Positions 38,501-47,899 of a stretch of DNA of 64,000 bases are shown in pieces; the first letter of the stretch is position 1, and every line of letters begins with the position of its first letter. Both the position numbers and the translations under genes were made by a program. A model generated the notes under the pieces. It saw nothing but the letters and a program-made list of their open reading frames with translations, was not told the DNA's origin and did not search any database. Location of the stretch: contig JAVEZX010000003.1 in NCBI GenBank assembly GCA_034002785.1, positions 831 through 64,830 of the forward strand, given 5' to 3'. Source of the stretch: Bacteroidales bacterium (GTDB taxonomy: Bacteria; Bacteroidota; Bacteroidia; Bacteroidales; VadinHA17).

Positions 38501-40057
38501 ATGTCCGGTTCGGTGATGGCCCGTGACGCCTCCATGAAGATCGATTTTCTTCAGACCAGGTACAGCTTCACTGACAGCGTGAGGTTTTCTCCTTCAGGCA
38601 TCATCTTCAGAAACATAAGGATATTTGACGAAAAGCGTAACCAGGGAACCATCAACGGGATGCTTACCCACAAGTCATTTCAGGATATCGGTGTCACTTT
38701 TGACATCAACATGGAGAAAATGCTTGTACTTAACACGAAGCCAAAAGACAGTGACAGCTTCTACGGAACTGCCTATGCGTCAGGCTATGCAGGTATCAGG
38801 GGAAATGAGGGCGGGCTCGTCTTCAACATCTCCGCCAGGACCGATATGAATACCGAATTCTTTGTTCCTCTCAACTCATCGGCAAGCGTGAGTGACTATC
38901 CGTATATCACCTTTATTGACCGGGACAAGGAAAAGAAAGAGAACGAGGCTGAGCAAAGCGCTTTCTCGAGGAAGAAACAGGACAGCAATATAGAGCTCAA
39001 CTTCGATCTTGATGTGACGCCCGAGGCTGAGGTTCAGCTGATACTGGACGAGACTTCAGGGGGTGTCATCAGGGGACGTGGCGAAGGAAAGCTGAATATT
39101 TCCCTCAACTCACGGGGAGACGTCAGAATGGCAGGGAATTACGTAATAGATGAGGGTGATTATCTCTTTACCCTCGGGAACATTCTGAACAAAAGGTTTG
39201 CAGTGGAGGAGGGAGGTACTGTCTCGTGGAACGGTCCCATTGAGGATGCCAGCCTGAATCTGAGAGCCCTCTACAGGACCAAGGCAGCTCTCTCGGAGAT
39301 CTTTGGGGAGGAGGAGTTCTCCGAACTGAAGGTCAAGCTTCCTGTTGAGTGTATTCTTAATCTTTCCGGCAGATTGCTCAATCCCTCCGTCAGTTTCGAC
39401 ATAAACCTGCCGACGGCTGATGAGAGGACCCGTGAGCTGCTGCGGGTTGCCATCGATACGGAGGAGGAACTCAGCCGGCAGTTCCTTTACCTCCTGGTAA
39501 TGAACAGTTTCTATACTGACCCTTCGCTTTACAACTCCGGATCAACTGCCGGAGTCCAGATTGGGCAGGTCGGTTCACCCGTGTCGCCGAACGTAGGTTT
39601 CACCACAACCACCGAGATGCTCTCCAACCAGCTGAGCAACTGGTTGTCACAGATCAGCAATGATTTCGACATCGGGTTCAACTACAGGCCCGGCAGTGAG
39701 CTGACCGACCAGGAGGTTGAGCTTGCTCTCTCCACGCAGCTGTTGAATGACAAGGTTACAGTCAACGGAAATGTAGACGTCAGGGGGAACCAGGCGAACA
39801 CCACAACCAGCAATATAAGCGGGGAGTTCACCGTGGAGGTCAGGCTTACTGACATGCTGAGATTCAAGGTATTCAACAGGTCAAACTACAATCTCTACTA
39901 CCAGGTTCACCCATACACACAGGGGGTCGGGCTTTTCTTCAGGCGTGACTTCAATACCCTGAAGGATATCTTCGTCAGGCCGGAAGAGAGGCGCAGGAAG
40001 AAGACCGGCGGAGAGGAAGAGACTGATGAGCAACAACCTGTTAACAATGGCTTCTAG
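35519..40057 (+). CDS. tamB: translocation and assembly module protein TamB-like (DUF490 C-terminus)
   Basis: 1512 aa with a single N-terminal TM anchor, a long beta-rich body and a conserved C-terminal region. It is divergent from tsaD. Confidence 0.8.
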   Translation: MAKIIKKIVRVLLIITGVLIMVPVILFLLLRAPRIQTFAVNKIATVISGKTGGEISLGRVSYSLWHEIILNDILFRDLRGDTLLAAERLDVRLREIRPGRNIYRFGRVDLYKPDFRMVQDTAGIMNLTEYLRILKREGEADSTKRIEIRLADIDIFDGSFLLHNESDTAGVIPGSVNFKKMQIGQINGKIRDLLINPDSVSMVLRGISFAEAGGFTARSIDMNLAVQQSDLSFREIDVITDSSSISAEKILLMPADTASWRDFINGVRMDLLFNRSAIHTSDLAYFVRPIYGVNETIRMSGRVSGTVAAMKGRNILIDYASATRLRFDFDITGLPVLSDSYLFIDFTDMKTSAEDAESFYLPGKKPLQLPAVVHDLGIISYQGSFTGFTTDFVSFGKLTTERGTFSTDLSLRPDGRNTFGFRGSLRTSDVDLGFMAKNDKMFGGLWMHAEIDGSMESFKRLSATINGVVDSVEINDYLYRNISISGTYADRVWDGSVVVREPNIEMDLMGRFDLEKTKPEFDFSMNLAHADLHTLKLIRKDSVFTASALVTANFRGNRIDNLEGDLRLINSTLENSNGKLSIYDFLVRSSVVGGEPLLSLRSDFIDAEVRGLYTFDAIGRSVSGMLAGIFPSKFTQPVPKQEATASEAMFTVDARIKKADRLNAFLGTGLSISEGTSLTGHFWSDSPEMTAEVKAGAITYAGLRMGQMNMKGRVTGEKVTVEVTADTLLLPDKSELNNFILGLVGKGDTVDLAMEWDNRDDGRTLGEVKARGFFSINEMNMPVMTVAVLPAGVTVNRVPWNISPARIVIDSTSTFFDNILVSSSTNYIRLDGKLSREAEERLSLSFAGLNMSYLNNLISPGPDNTEEQPLMSFDGLMRGSITLSDVYNDLLFESSITVSDFRMNDHNYGLVSISSEWDPRRKVAVIDVSNDFAGRKSIDIKGSYAPAGRMADIAVSTFDLPLDILNPFVKAFASDVRGLATGTIRLRGKLKQLEMSGSVMARDASMKIDFLQTRYSFTDSVRFSPSGIIFRNIRIFDEKRNQGTINGMLTHKSFQDIGVTFDINMEKMLVLNTKPKDSDSFYGTAYASGYAGIRGNEGGLVFNISARTDMNTEFFVPLNSSASVSDYPYITFIDRDKEKKENEAEQSAFSRKKQDSNIELNFDLDVTPEAEVQLILDETSGGVIRGRGEGKLNISLNSRGDVRMAGNYVIDEGDYLFTLGNILNKRFAVEEGGTVSWNGPIEDASLNLRALYRTKAALSEIFGEEEFSELKVKLPVECILNLSGRLLNPSVSFDINLPTADERTRELLRVAIDTEEELSRQFLYLLVMNSFYTDPSLYNSGSTAGVQIGQVGSPVSPNVGFTTTTEMLSNQLSNWLSQISNDFDIGFNYRPGSELTDQEVELALSTQLLNDKVTVNGNVDVRGNQANTTTSNISGEFTVEVRLTDMLRFKVFNRSNYNLYYQVHPYTQGVGLFFRRDFNTLKDIFVRPEERRRKKTGGEEETDEQQPVNNGF

Positions 40058-40102
40058 TTATGAACAATGGTATACTTACAGGGGATGTAATACGTTTTTT
40101 AC

Positions 40103-40110
40103 TATATTCG
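40103..40110 (+). promoter_or_regulatory. near-consensus -7 box upstream of exbB
   Basis: tatattcg has one mismatch to TAnnTTTG and sits within actatattcgcc, 52 nt upstream of ATG 40163. Confidence 0.3.
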
Positions 40111-40162
40111 CCCGATGATACAAAAAGGCAAATCAAACTGTTAACATCTTAAACCACAGACA

Positions 40163-40846
40163 ATGATATCAGCTAGCATTTTATTACAGGGTACAACAGC
40201 CGCCGCTGCCGGAGAAGAGGCAACAATGTCACTGGCTGACCTTTACCTGTCAGGGGGATGGGTTATGTACCTCATCACCCTGCTTTCGTTTCTTGCGTTG
40301 TATATATTCGTAGAAAGATACCTGGTTATCAAGAAGGCATCGAAAGGCGACGCCAACTTCATGAACCGCATAAAGGATTACATGTATGACGGGAAGGTAG
40401 ATGCAGCGTTGCAGCTCTGCCGTCAGACCAGTTCACCCCAGGCCAGGATGGTGGAGAAGGGCATAGCACGTCTCGGCAGGCCACTGGCGGATGTTACCGC
40501 CGCGATAGAGAACGTGGGAAAGCTTGAGATACACAAGCTGGAGAAACGGTTCCCGACGCTGGCCACGATTGCCGGTGCCGCACCCCTGATGGGATTCTTC
40601 GGTACCGTGATTGGGATGGTGCAGGCATTCTACGAGATGTCACTTGCCGGTAACAGTCTTGACATAAGCACCCTCAGCGGTGGTATCTACACGGCGCTCA
40701 TTACAACGGTAGGAGGTCTGATCCTGGGTATTCTTGCCTATTTCGGATACAACCTGCTTGTGGTAAGGGTTGAGAACGTGGTGTTCCAGCTTGAGACCAC
40801 CTCCACCGAGTTCCTTGACATCCTCAATGAACCTGTAAAACAGTAA
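40163..40846 (+). CDS. exbB: MotA/TolQ/ExbB proton channel protein
   Basis: 3 TM helices, with LATIAGAAPLMGFFGTVIGMV as the conserved family block. Confidence 0.85.
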   Translation: MISASILLQGTTAAAAGEEATMSLADLYLSGGWVMYLITLLSFLALYIFVERYLVIKKASKGDANFMNRIKDYMYDGKVDAALQLCRQTSSPQARMVEKGIARLGRPLADVTAAIENVGKLEIHKLEKRFPTLATIAGAAPLMGFFGTVIGMVQAFYEMSLAGNSLDISTLSGGIYTALITTVGGLILGILAYFGYNLLVVRVENVVFQLETTSTEFLDILNEPVKQ

Positions 40847-40849
40847 CAG

Positions 40850-41242
40850 ATGGCAATCACCAATAAGAATAAGGTCAGTGTCAACTTCAGCAATGCAGGC
40901 ATGTCTGATATTGTATTCCTGCTGCTGTTGTTCTTCATGCTGACCTCCACCCTGGTGCATCCGACTGCGTTGAAGCTGCTTTTGCCGAAGGGCACTACCC
41001 AGTCTTCAGCCCGTCCGCTGACCACAGTATCAATCACAAAGGATCTTCAGTATTTCATTGAAGATCAGCCCATAGATCTTGAATTCCTCGAGAGTGCATT
41101 GCAGTCGAGGGTGCAGGACAGTCCCGAGATATACATATCGGTACATGCTGACAGGAGTGTTCCTGTTGAGTATGTAGTCAACGTTATGAATATTGCAGCC
41201 AAAAACCAGTACAAGCTAATACTTGCCACTACGCCAAAATAG
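40850..41242 (+). CDS. exbD: biopolymer transport protein ExbD/TolR
   Basis: 130 aa. DIVFLLLLFFMLTSTL is a single TM helix with the conserved Asp. Confidence 0.85.
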   Translation: MAITNKNKVSVNFSNAGMSDIVFLLLLFFMLTSTLVHPTALKLLLPKGTTQSSARPLTTVSITKDLQYFIEDQPIDLEFLESALQSRVQDSPEIYISVHADRSVPVEYVVNVMNIAAKNQYKLILATTPK

Positions 41243-42113
41243 CGCCACAGAACCTCTCACGAAAGAAAGGAAACAGGGTCTGATTATCAGTGCCATAGTA
41301 CATCTGTTGCTTGCACTGCTGATCATCTTTGTGACCTTCCGGGTAAAGATACCTGAGCCGGTAGAGGAGGGTCTTCTTGTCAACTTTGGTTTTGACGAGA
41401 CGGGTAGCGGTCTTTTTGAGCCGGCGCCCGAGCCTGTCACACCCCCTCCTCCTCCTCCGTCTGCCGGGGATGCCGGAGCTGAGGAGGCATTGCTTACCCA
41501 GGATTTCGAGGAGGCTGTAGAGGTGAAGAAGAAAGAACCCAGTCCGGAGGAGCTGAAGCGGCAGGCTGAGGCACGTGCGGCAGAGATCAGGCGGCAGCTG
41601 GAACTGGAGGCTGAGCGGGAACGGATTCAGAAGGAGGAGGCTGAGAAGCGTAAGAGGGAGGAAGAGCAGCGGCGTATCGACCAGCAGAATGCCAGGGCCA
41701 GGGGTGCCTTCAGCAACCCGGGAAATGTCGGCACTTCAGGCCAGAGCCAGGGGGTAGCAGGCGGGCAGGGCAACCAGGGTGTTGTGTCAGGTACACCTGA
41801 TGCACCCAATTACGGACCGGGCGGAGGTCAGGGAACAGAAGGTATATCTTTTGACCTCGGCGGAAGAAAAGCTAAGTCACTTATAAAACCTCCCTATGAT
41901 CTCCAGAAAGAGGGTACTGTAGTTGTTGCGATAACAGTTGACCGTAACGGAAGGGTCACTGATGCGACTCCCGGCATCAAAGGATCGACCACACTCGATG
42001 GGGATCTGCTCAAGCTGGCAAAGGATGCAGCGCTGAAGACCACGTTTGAAAGCAGCAATGATGCCCCAATTATTCAGAAAGGGACAATCACCTATATCTT
42101 CCGTCTGAAATAA
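41223..42113 (+). CDS. tonB: TonB-like energy transducer
   Basis: N-terminal TM, a Pro-rich stretch (TPPPPPPS), a Glu/Lys/Arg-rich linker and a C-terminal TonB-type domain (GTVVVAITVDRNGRVTDA). Only a TTG start (41223) precedes the TM helix, and it overlaps exbD by 20 nt. Confidence 0.75.
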   Translation: MPLRQNSATEPLTKERKQGLIISAIVHLLLALLIIFVTFRVKIPEPVEEGLLVNFGFDETGSGLFEPAPEPVTPPPPPPSAGDAGAEEALLTQDFEEAVEVKKKEPSPEELKRQAEARAAEIRRQLELEAERERIQKEEAEKRKREEEQRRIDQQNARARGAFSNPGNVGTSGQSQGVAGGQGNQGVVSGTPDAPNYGPGGGQGTEGISFDLGGRKAKSLIKPPYDLQKEGTVVVAITVDRNGRVTDATPGIKGSTTLDGDLLKLAKDAALKTTFESSNDAPIIQKGTITYIFRLK

Positions 42114-42125
42114 TATTTTCTCTTT

Positions 42126-42899
42126 TCAGAGGAGCTTGATCATAAGGTCAAACAGGCCTGTAAGTTTTATTGCCGAAGCCATTATAGCCACCAGCAGGAT
42201 AACCCGCACCACCCTGGGACCCCAGTTTACGGCCACTCTTGAGCCGAGCCATGCGCCGGCACCCTGGCCTACAGCCAGTACAATACCGTAGAGATAATAG
42301 ATCTGGTCACTGATTATGAATACCACCAGGGCAATTGAAGTCATTGCAGCTACTATCAGCACCTTGTGAGCGTTTGCCCTGGTGAGGCCCAGACCGGCGC
42401 CCAATACCAGGGCGCCCAGTAGAAAGAATCCAACACCGGCCTGTATGAAACCACCGTATATGCCTATGACAAAAAAGATCACCGGCACCCACCACCGGCG
42501 CCTCAGCATCGCTGACCGGGCATGTTCCTTCACCCATTGCTCAGGTTTGTAGAGAATTATGAAGAACATGATGATCAGCAGTCCTCCGATGAGCAGTTCC
42601 ATAATGCGCTCATTGATCCTCACGGCAACAAGTGATCCAAGCAGTGCGCCGGCGACAGCCGGAACGGACATCCACAGACCCTCGTCTATGGTGTATAGTT
42701 TCTGCTTTTTAAAACTGATGCTGCTGACAAGGCTCTGCACAAAGACCCCTATACGGTTGGTTCCGTTGGCGATATTGGCCGGAAGGCCGAGGAACATCAG
42801 AAGGGGAAGAGTAATCAGTGATCCGCTGCCGGCAAGGGTATTCACAAATCCTGCGAAGAGGCCTGCGGCTATGACAGCCAGGTACATGTACCATTCCAT
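42126..42899 (-). CDS. TauE/SafE family anion exporter
   Basis: 257 aa with 8 helices and FVNTLAGSGSLITLPLL near the N-terminus. Confidence 0.8.
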   Translation of the reverse strand: MEWYMYLAVIAAGLFAGFVNTLAGSGSLITLPLLMFLGLPANIANGTNRIGVFVQSLVSSISFKKQKLYTIDEGLWMSVPAVAGALLGSLVAVRINERIMELLIGGLLIIMFFIILYKPEQWVKEHARSAMLRRRWWVPVIFFVIGIYGGFIQAGVGFFLLGALVLGAGLGLTRANAHKVLIVAAMTSIALVVFIISDQIYYLYGIVLAVGQGAGAWLGSRVAVNWGPRVVRVILLVAIMASAIKLTGLFDLMIKLL

Positions 42900-42911
42900 C
42901 AGGCCAGCGGG

Positions 42912-43313
42912 CTATCTCTCGAGGACCTCCTTGACTGACATCTGGAGGTTGTCAATCAGGTCCGTATCCTTGATGACATAGTCAGCGATACCCTTACGGG
43001 CAAACTCCAGCACCACCTCTCCCTTTTCCTGGGCGGAGAGCATGATTACGGGAATCTCCGGTGCCATCCGGGTAATCTCGTCATAGGCTTCCATACCGTT
43101 CATCGGGACCTCACCCTCCTTGAAAAAGAAGAAATCAAGGATAATCAGATCGGGCAATTCCTCAGCAAGAACGGCAAGACACTCCTCGGCATACGCGAAT
43201 GACCTGACCCTGTAACCGGCTGCTTGCAGACGTGCGGAGACAAGCCCTGTTATAACGGGGTCATCATCAACTACGAATATCAGGTTGTCAGTCTGAGGGT
43301 CAACTTTCTCCAT
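42912..43313 (-). CDS. stand-alone response regulator receiver domain
   Basis: 133 aa with an acidic pocket (VVDDDP), a phospho-acceptor context (DLIILDFFF), MLSAQ, and a conserved Lys in VIKD. There is no output domain. Confidence 0.8.
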   Translation of the reverse strand: MEKVDPQTDNLIFVVDDDPVITGLVSARLQAAGYRVRSFAYAEECLAVLAEELPDLIILDFFFFKEGEVPMNGMEAYDEITRMAPEIPVIMLSAQEKGEVVLEFARKGIADYVIKDTDLIDNLQMSVKEVLER

Positions 43314-43345
43314 AAAACAAAAGTAATAAAGGAATTGATAATTTC

Positions 43346-44626
43346 CTACATCGAAAAGAGAGGATAGTCTTTCATCATCTTCACCACCTTCTCTCCCACC
43401 GACGTTATGACTGACTCATTCTCAATATTGACAAGCACCTCGTCAAACAGGCTGACGATGGTTCCCATGTCGCTCTCCTTGAGCCCGCGTGTTGTAACGG
43501 CGGGAGTTCCCACCCTTATTCCGGAGGTCAGGAACGGTGACCGGGAGTCGAAGGGCACCATATTCTTATTTACTGTAATATGTGCTTTCACCAGTGTATT
43601 CTCAACCTTCTTGCCTGAAATCTCCGGGAAGCGGGTTCTCAGATCGATAAGCATCGAATGGTTGTCAGTTCCATCGGATATTACCTTGTAGCCCAGTGCT
43701 ATGAAGGCCTCTGCCATCCTTGCGGCATTTTTCTTCACCTGCTGCTGGTAGGCCCGGAACTCAGGTGTGAGTGCCTCACCGAAGGATACTGCCTTGGCTG
43801 CAATGACATGCTCCAGGGGGCCTCCCTGTATGCCGGGGAATACGGCAGAATTAAGCATTGCAGACATCATTTTTGTCTCGCCCTTGGGTGTTGTGACACC
43901 CCATGGGTTGGGATAGTCTTTGCCCATCAGAATGATTCCCCCGCGCGGTCCCCTGAGGGTTTTGTGGGTGGTTGACGTCACAATGTGAGCGTATTTGAGA
44001 GGATTTTCAAGCAGCCCTGCTGCGATGAGTCCTGCCGGGTGTGCCATGTCAATCATCAGCAATGCGCCCACCCTGTCTGCAATGGCGCGCATGCGGGCAT
44101 AATCCCATTCCCTCGAGTAAGCCGAGGCTCCGCCGACGATCAGTTTCGGCCGCTCTGCAAGAGCCACCTCTTCCATCATATCATAGTCCACCCTGCCGGT
44201 CTCCTCCTTCACTCCGTATGCCACAGGTCTGTAGAGTATGCCTGACGAGTTCACCGGGGATCCGTGTGAGAGGTGTCCTCCGTGTGAAAGGTTCAGTCCC
44301 AGGAAGGTGTCACCCGGCTTCAGCACTGTCAGGAAAACCGCCATATTGGCCTGGGCTCCTGAATGGGGCTGCACATTGGCATACTCAGCATTAAATAACT
44401 GCTTCAGTCTGTCTATTGCCAGCTGCTCAACCTCGTCAACAACCTCACATCCACCGTAGTAACGTGCGCCGGGATAGCCCTCGGCATATTTGTTTGTCAG
44501 TACGGAGCCCATTGCCTCAAGCACCTGCGGGCTGACAAAGTTTTCGGATGCAATAAGTTCAATGCCATCTGTCTGGCGCTTGCGCTCGCGGCTGATCAGT
44601 TCAAATATGACGCTGTCTCTTTCCAT
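43346..44626 (-). CDS. glyA: serine hydroxymethyltransferase
   Basis: [12 protein letters not shown] and the PLP-lysine block [16 protein letters not shown] trimmed the start to [11 protein letters not shown], giving 426 aa. Confidence 0.95.
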   Translation of the reverse strand: MERDSVIFELISRERKRQTDGIELIASENFVSPQVLEAMGSVLTNKYAEGYPGARYYGGCEVVDEVEQLAIDRLKQLFNAEYANVQPHSGAQANMAVFLTVLKPGDTFLGLNLSHGGHLSHGSPVNSSGILYRPVAYGVKEETGRVDYDMMEEVALAERPKLIVGGASAYSREWDYARMRAIADRVGALLMIDMAHPAGLIAAGLLENPLKYAHIVTSTTHKTLRGPRGGIILMGKDYPNPWGVTTPKGETKMMSAMLNSAVFPGIQGGPLEHVIAAKAVSFGEALTPEFRAYQQQVKKNAARMAEAFIALGYKVISDGTDNHSMLIDLRTRFPEISGKKVENTLVKAHITVNKNMVPFDSRSPFLTSGIRVGTPAVTTRGLKESDMGTIVSLFDEVLVNIENESVITSVGEKVVKMMKDYPLFSM

Positions 44627-44691
44627 GGTAACAATCTTGATTCGGTTGATAATAATATGTTCACTGAAACCGGTAAACGGAGGTTCAATGG

Positions 44692-44699
44692 CAAATATA
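44692..44699 (-). promoter_or_regulatory. Bacteroidota-type -7 promoter box for glyA
   Basis: The minus strand reads tatatttg(cc), a perfect TAnnTTTG, with 65 nt between the box and ATG 44626. Confidence 0.45.
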
Positions 44700-44787
44700 C
44701 ATTTAAATCTCAAGTTTGTTCATGACGGATGTTTTCCCTGATCAGGGATATAAAACCGATGTGGTTTCAGGTGATATAGCATGTTTT

Positions 44788-46560
44788 CTACTCATCTGAG
44801 AATTGCCTGAGGAGCTCGCGGTAAGCGGCAAAAATCCTCGATTTGGAGATGAATCCCACATAACGGCCTCTGTCAAGCACCGGGAGATTCCATGCACCCG
44901 TTCGCTCAAAGGCATCAAGCACAACATCTCCCCTTTCGTTTAGGTCAATATATGACGGAGGTATAGTCATCAGATCCCTGACAGTCACCTTGTTGTACAG
45001 GTCCGGTTTGAACATTTTGTCACGCACGTCATCCAGGAGAACCACTCCTTCAAGAATTCCAAACTCGTCAACTACCGGAAAGAGGTTTCGGTTTGACCTG
45101 GAGATCTGCCTTACCAGGTCGCCGAGGTTGCCTTCCGGGCTTACTGTGAGCAGGTCTTTCTCCACCTCTTTTTTCCAGTCAAGCAGTGTCATCGCCGCTT
45201 TGTCCTTATCATGGGTGATCAGTTCACCGCTGAGGGCGAGTTGTTCATTATAAATTGAGTGTTTCTGGAATGCTCGTTTTGTGATGAATGCCACGGTTGA
45301 AGTCATGATCAGCGGGATGAGCAGTCCATAACCCTCTGTAATCTCAGCGATCAGGAATATTGCCGTGAGAGGGGCGTGGAGCACTGCCGCGAAGACGCCA
45401 GCCATTGCAGTGAGAGTGAAGCTGCTTTCCACGAGTGTGATATCGAACAGGTGGTTCATGAGGCTCGAGAGGAAGTAACCTGCCACGCCTCCGGTGAAGA
45501 GCACCGGTGCCACTATTCCTCCCACCCCGCCAGCGCCGTTGGTGGAGGCAGTAGCCACGACCTTGAGAAGCAGGAGTCCGGCCATCAGTACTGTAAATGC
45601 CCAGAACCCGGAGCCAATCTGACCGAACATCAATATGCCCGGGGCGCTGCCGCTCTCGGCATTAAGCAGCAGCATCACAGTCTCATATCCTTCTCCGTAA
45701 AGAGCAGGATAAAAATAAATAAGGGCTCCCAGCATCAATCCACCGAGAATCATCCTTATCCATTTGTTTGTGATTTTGCCGTAGAGTTTCTCTATGCCGA
45801 TCGTTGCCCTGGTAAAGTAGAGTCCCACCAGCCCGCAGAAGACTCCCAGGATCAGGTAATATGGCAACTCATTGAGCAGGAAGCCATGCCTGACCTGGAA
45901 TGAGAACAGCACGTTGTCGCCCATAAAGAAGAAAGCGACGGTGGCTGCCGTAACAGAGGAGATGAGTAGTGGCACAATTGATGACATCGTCAGGTCAAGC
46001 ATCAGCACCTCCAGGGTAAAGAGGATTCCGCCGATCGGAGCCTTGAAGATGCCGGAGATAGCTCCGGCTACTCCGCAGCCGAGCAGCAAGGTCACATTCT
46101 TGTAATTAAGCTTGAAATACTTTGCAATATTCGATCCTATGGATGCACCGGTAAGGACTATTGGTGCCTCCGCTCCCACCGATCCGCCGAAGCCGATTGT
46201 GAGTGAACTTGTGAGAATAGATGACCAGTTGTTATGAGGTTTGATATAGCTCTTGCGCCTTGAGATGGCATAGAGCACCCTGGATATCCCGTGAGATATG
46301 TTGTCACGCACAAGGTATTTAACAGCCAGAACCGTCAGAAATATCCCGAACATAGGGTATGCAAGGGAAAGCACCCCGGCTGCGCCCTTCATCACTCCCT
46401 GGGTAAAGAGATCATGGGTATAGTGGATGGCATTTTTCATTACCACCGCCGCCAGGGCGCTCGTGATACCCACAAGAAAACTGAGCAGGTAAATCATGGT
46501 CTGCTGCTCGGTCAGGAAAGATTTTAGCTGTCGTATCTGTTTTATTAACAGAGTCTTCAA
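44788..46560 (-). CDS. ClC-family chloride channel/antiporter with C-terminal CBS pair
   Basis: GSVGAEAP, GIFKAPIGGILF and GGIVAPVLF selectivity-filter blocks, with two CBS-like repeats at the C-terminus. Start is uncertain (TTG 46560 or GTG 46569). The track's longer ORF overlaps the divergent promoter region. Confidence 0.85.
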   Translation of the reverse strand: MKTLLIKQIRQLKSFLTEQQTMIYLLSFLVGITSALAAVVMKNAIHYTHDLFTQGVMKGAAGVLSLAYPMFGIFLTVLAVKYLVRDNISHGISRVLYAISRRKSYIKPHNNWSSILTSSLTIGFGGSVGAEAPIVLTGASIGSNIAKYFKLNYKNVTLLLGCGVAGAISGIFKAPIGGILFTLEVLMLDLTMSSIVPLLISSVTAATVAFFFMGDNVLFSFQVRHGFLLNELPYYLILGVFCGLVGLYFTRATIGIEKLYGKITNKWIRMILGGLMLGALIYFYPALYGEGYETVMLLLNAESGSAPGILMFGQIGSGFWAFTVLMAGLLLLKVVATASTNGAGGVGGIVAPVLFTGGVAGYFLSSLMNHLFDITLVESSFTLTAMAGVFAAVLHAPLTAIFLIAEITEGYGLLIPLIMTSTVAFITKRAFQKHSIYNEQLALSGELITHDKDKAAMTLLDWKKEVEKDLLTVSPEGNLGDLVRQISRSNRNLFPVVDEFGILEGVVLLDDVRDKMFKPDLYNKVTVRDLMTIPPSYIDLNERGDVVLDAFERTGAWNLPVLDRGRYVGFISKSRIFAAYRELLRQFSDE

Positions 46561-46595
46561 TGCAACCACAATGAATTTGGAAAATATACAATTCA

Positions 46596-46603
46596 CAAAT
46601 ATA
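46596..46603 (-). promoter_or_regulatory. Bacteroidota-type -7 promoter box for the ClC gene
   Basis: The minus strand reads tatatttg, a perfect TAnnTTTG, 26-35 nt upstream of the candidate starts. Confidence 0.4.
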
Positions 46604-46657
46604 TAATAAAATGAGGAGCAGAAGTTTATTTTGGTAAGTTTGCCATATTTAGCATAC

Positions 46658-47899
46658 ATGATACGATTTATACGGCACAGGCTGGCCAACGGGATGAGGG
46701 TACTGGTGCACCAGGATGAGGGCACGCCAATGGTCACTGTAAACATTCTCTATGATGTCGGATCCAGGGATGAGGACCCCGGGGCCACCGGCTTTGCACA
46801 TCTGTTTGAGCATCTGATGTTCGGGGGCACTCCGGCTGTTCCTTTATTCGATGTTCCCGTGATGATGGCCGGAGGAGAGAATAACGCCTTCACCAACAAT
46901 GATATAACCAACTATTATATAACTCTGCCTGCCAACAACCTGGAGACGGCTCTCTGGCTGGAGGCTGACAGGATGAGGGGCCTGGACCTGAACGAGGAAA
47001 GGCTCAGCAATCAGAAGAGCGTTGTCACCGAGGAGTTCAGGCAGAGGTACCTGAACCAGCCATACGGTGACCTGATGCTGCTGCTCAGGCCTCTTGCCTA
47101 CCTGGTACATCCTTATCGATGGCCGACGATAGGCATGGATATCAGCCACATTGAAAAGGCTGACCTCGAATCTGCCAGACGGTTCTACGACAGATTCTAC
47201 AATCCGTCCAACGCCATCCTGAGCGTGGCCGGGAGGGTTAATCCCGATGAGGTATTTGCCCTTGCGGAGAAATGGTTCGGTGAGATACCCGGCGGAAGCA
47301 CGGATAGTCGTATACTGCCGGCCGAACCTGAACAAGTACGGCGAAGGGAGCTGACAGTCAGCCGGCAGGTGCCTGCTGCGCACCTTCTAATGACCTATCA
47401 TACCGGTGCAAGAAACAGCCGTGACTTCTATATCCTCGACCTGTTGACCGATATCCTTGCCGGGTGTGACTCTGCCCGTTTTCCTTCACTGCTGGTAAGG
47501 CAGAAGGAGTTGTTCAGTGATGCTGACATTTACCTGTCCGGTGATGCTGATCCCGGCCTGGTAATCTTCAGCGGCCGGCTGAGGGACGGTACTGACATCG
47601 CGATGGCTGAGGAAGCGGTCACTGCAGAGCTCAACCGCCTGACAGAGGAATCTGTCACACCAGCAGAACTGGAAAAGGCACGCAACAGGTACGAGTCGCA
47701 TCGACTGATGTCCTACATGAGCGCCGCCAACAAGGCATTCAACATCGCTTACCATGAGGTGCTTGGTGATGCTGAGGGCATCAATGCCGAGAAAGAAAAG
47801 TATATGAGTGTTACTGCCGGTGAGATAATGCGGGCATCGCAGAATACCTTCAGAACAGAAAACAACACTGTTATTAACTACCTGCCGGAACAGAGATGA
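46658..47899 (+). CDS. M16 (pitrilysin) family zinc peptidase, catalytic subunit
   Basis: The inverted zinc motif HLFEH sits in GFAHLFEHLMFGGT, with a downstream ENNAFTNNDITNYY. There is no signal peptide. I trimmed the start to ATG 46658. Confidence 0.85.
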   Translation: MIRFIRHRLANGMRVLVHQDEGTPMVTVNILYDVGSRDEDPGATGFAHLFEHLMFGGTPAVPLFDVPVMMAGGENNAFTNNDITNYYITLPANNLETALWLEADRMRGLDLNEERLSNQKSVVTEEFRQRYLNQPYGDLMLLLRPLAYLVHPYRWPTIGMDISHIEKADLESARRFYDRFYNPSNAILSVAGRVNPDEVFALAEKWFGEIPGGSTDSRILPAEPEQVRRRELTVSRQVPAAHLLMTYHTGARNSRDFYILDLLTDILAGCDSARFPSLLVRQKELFSDADIYLSGDADPGLVIFSGRLRDGTDIAMAEEAVTAELNRLTEESVTPAELEKARNRYESHRLMSYMSAANKAFNIAYHEVLGDAEGINAEKEKYMSVTAGEIMRASQNTFRTENNTVINYLPEQR

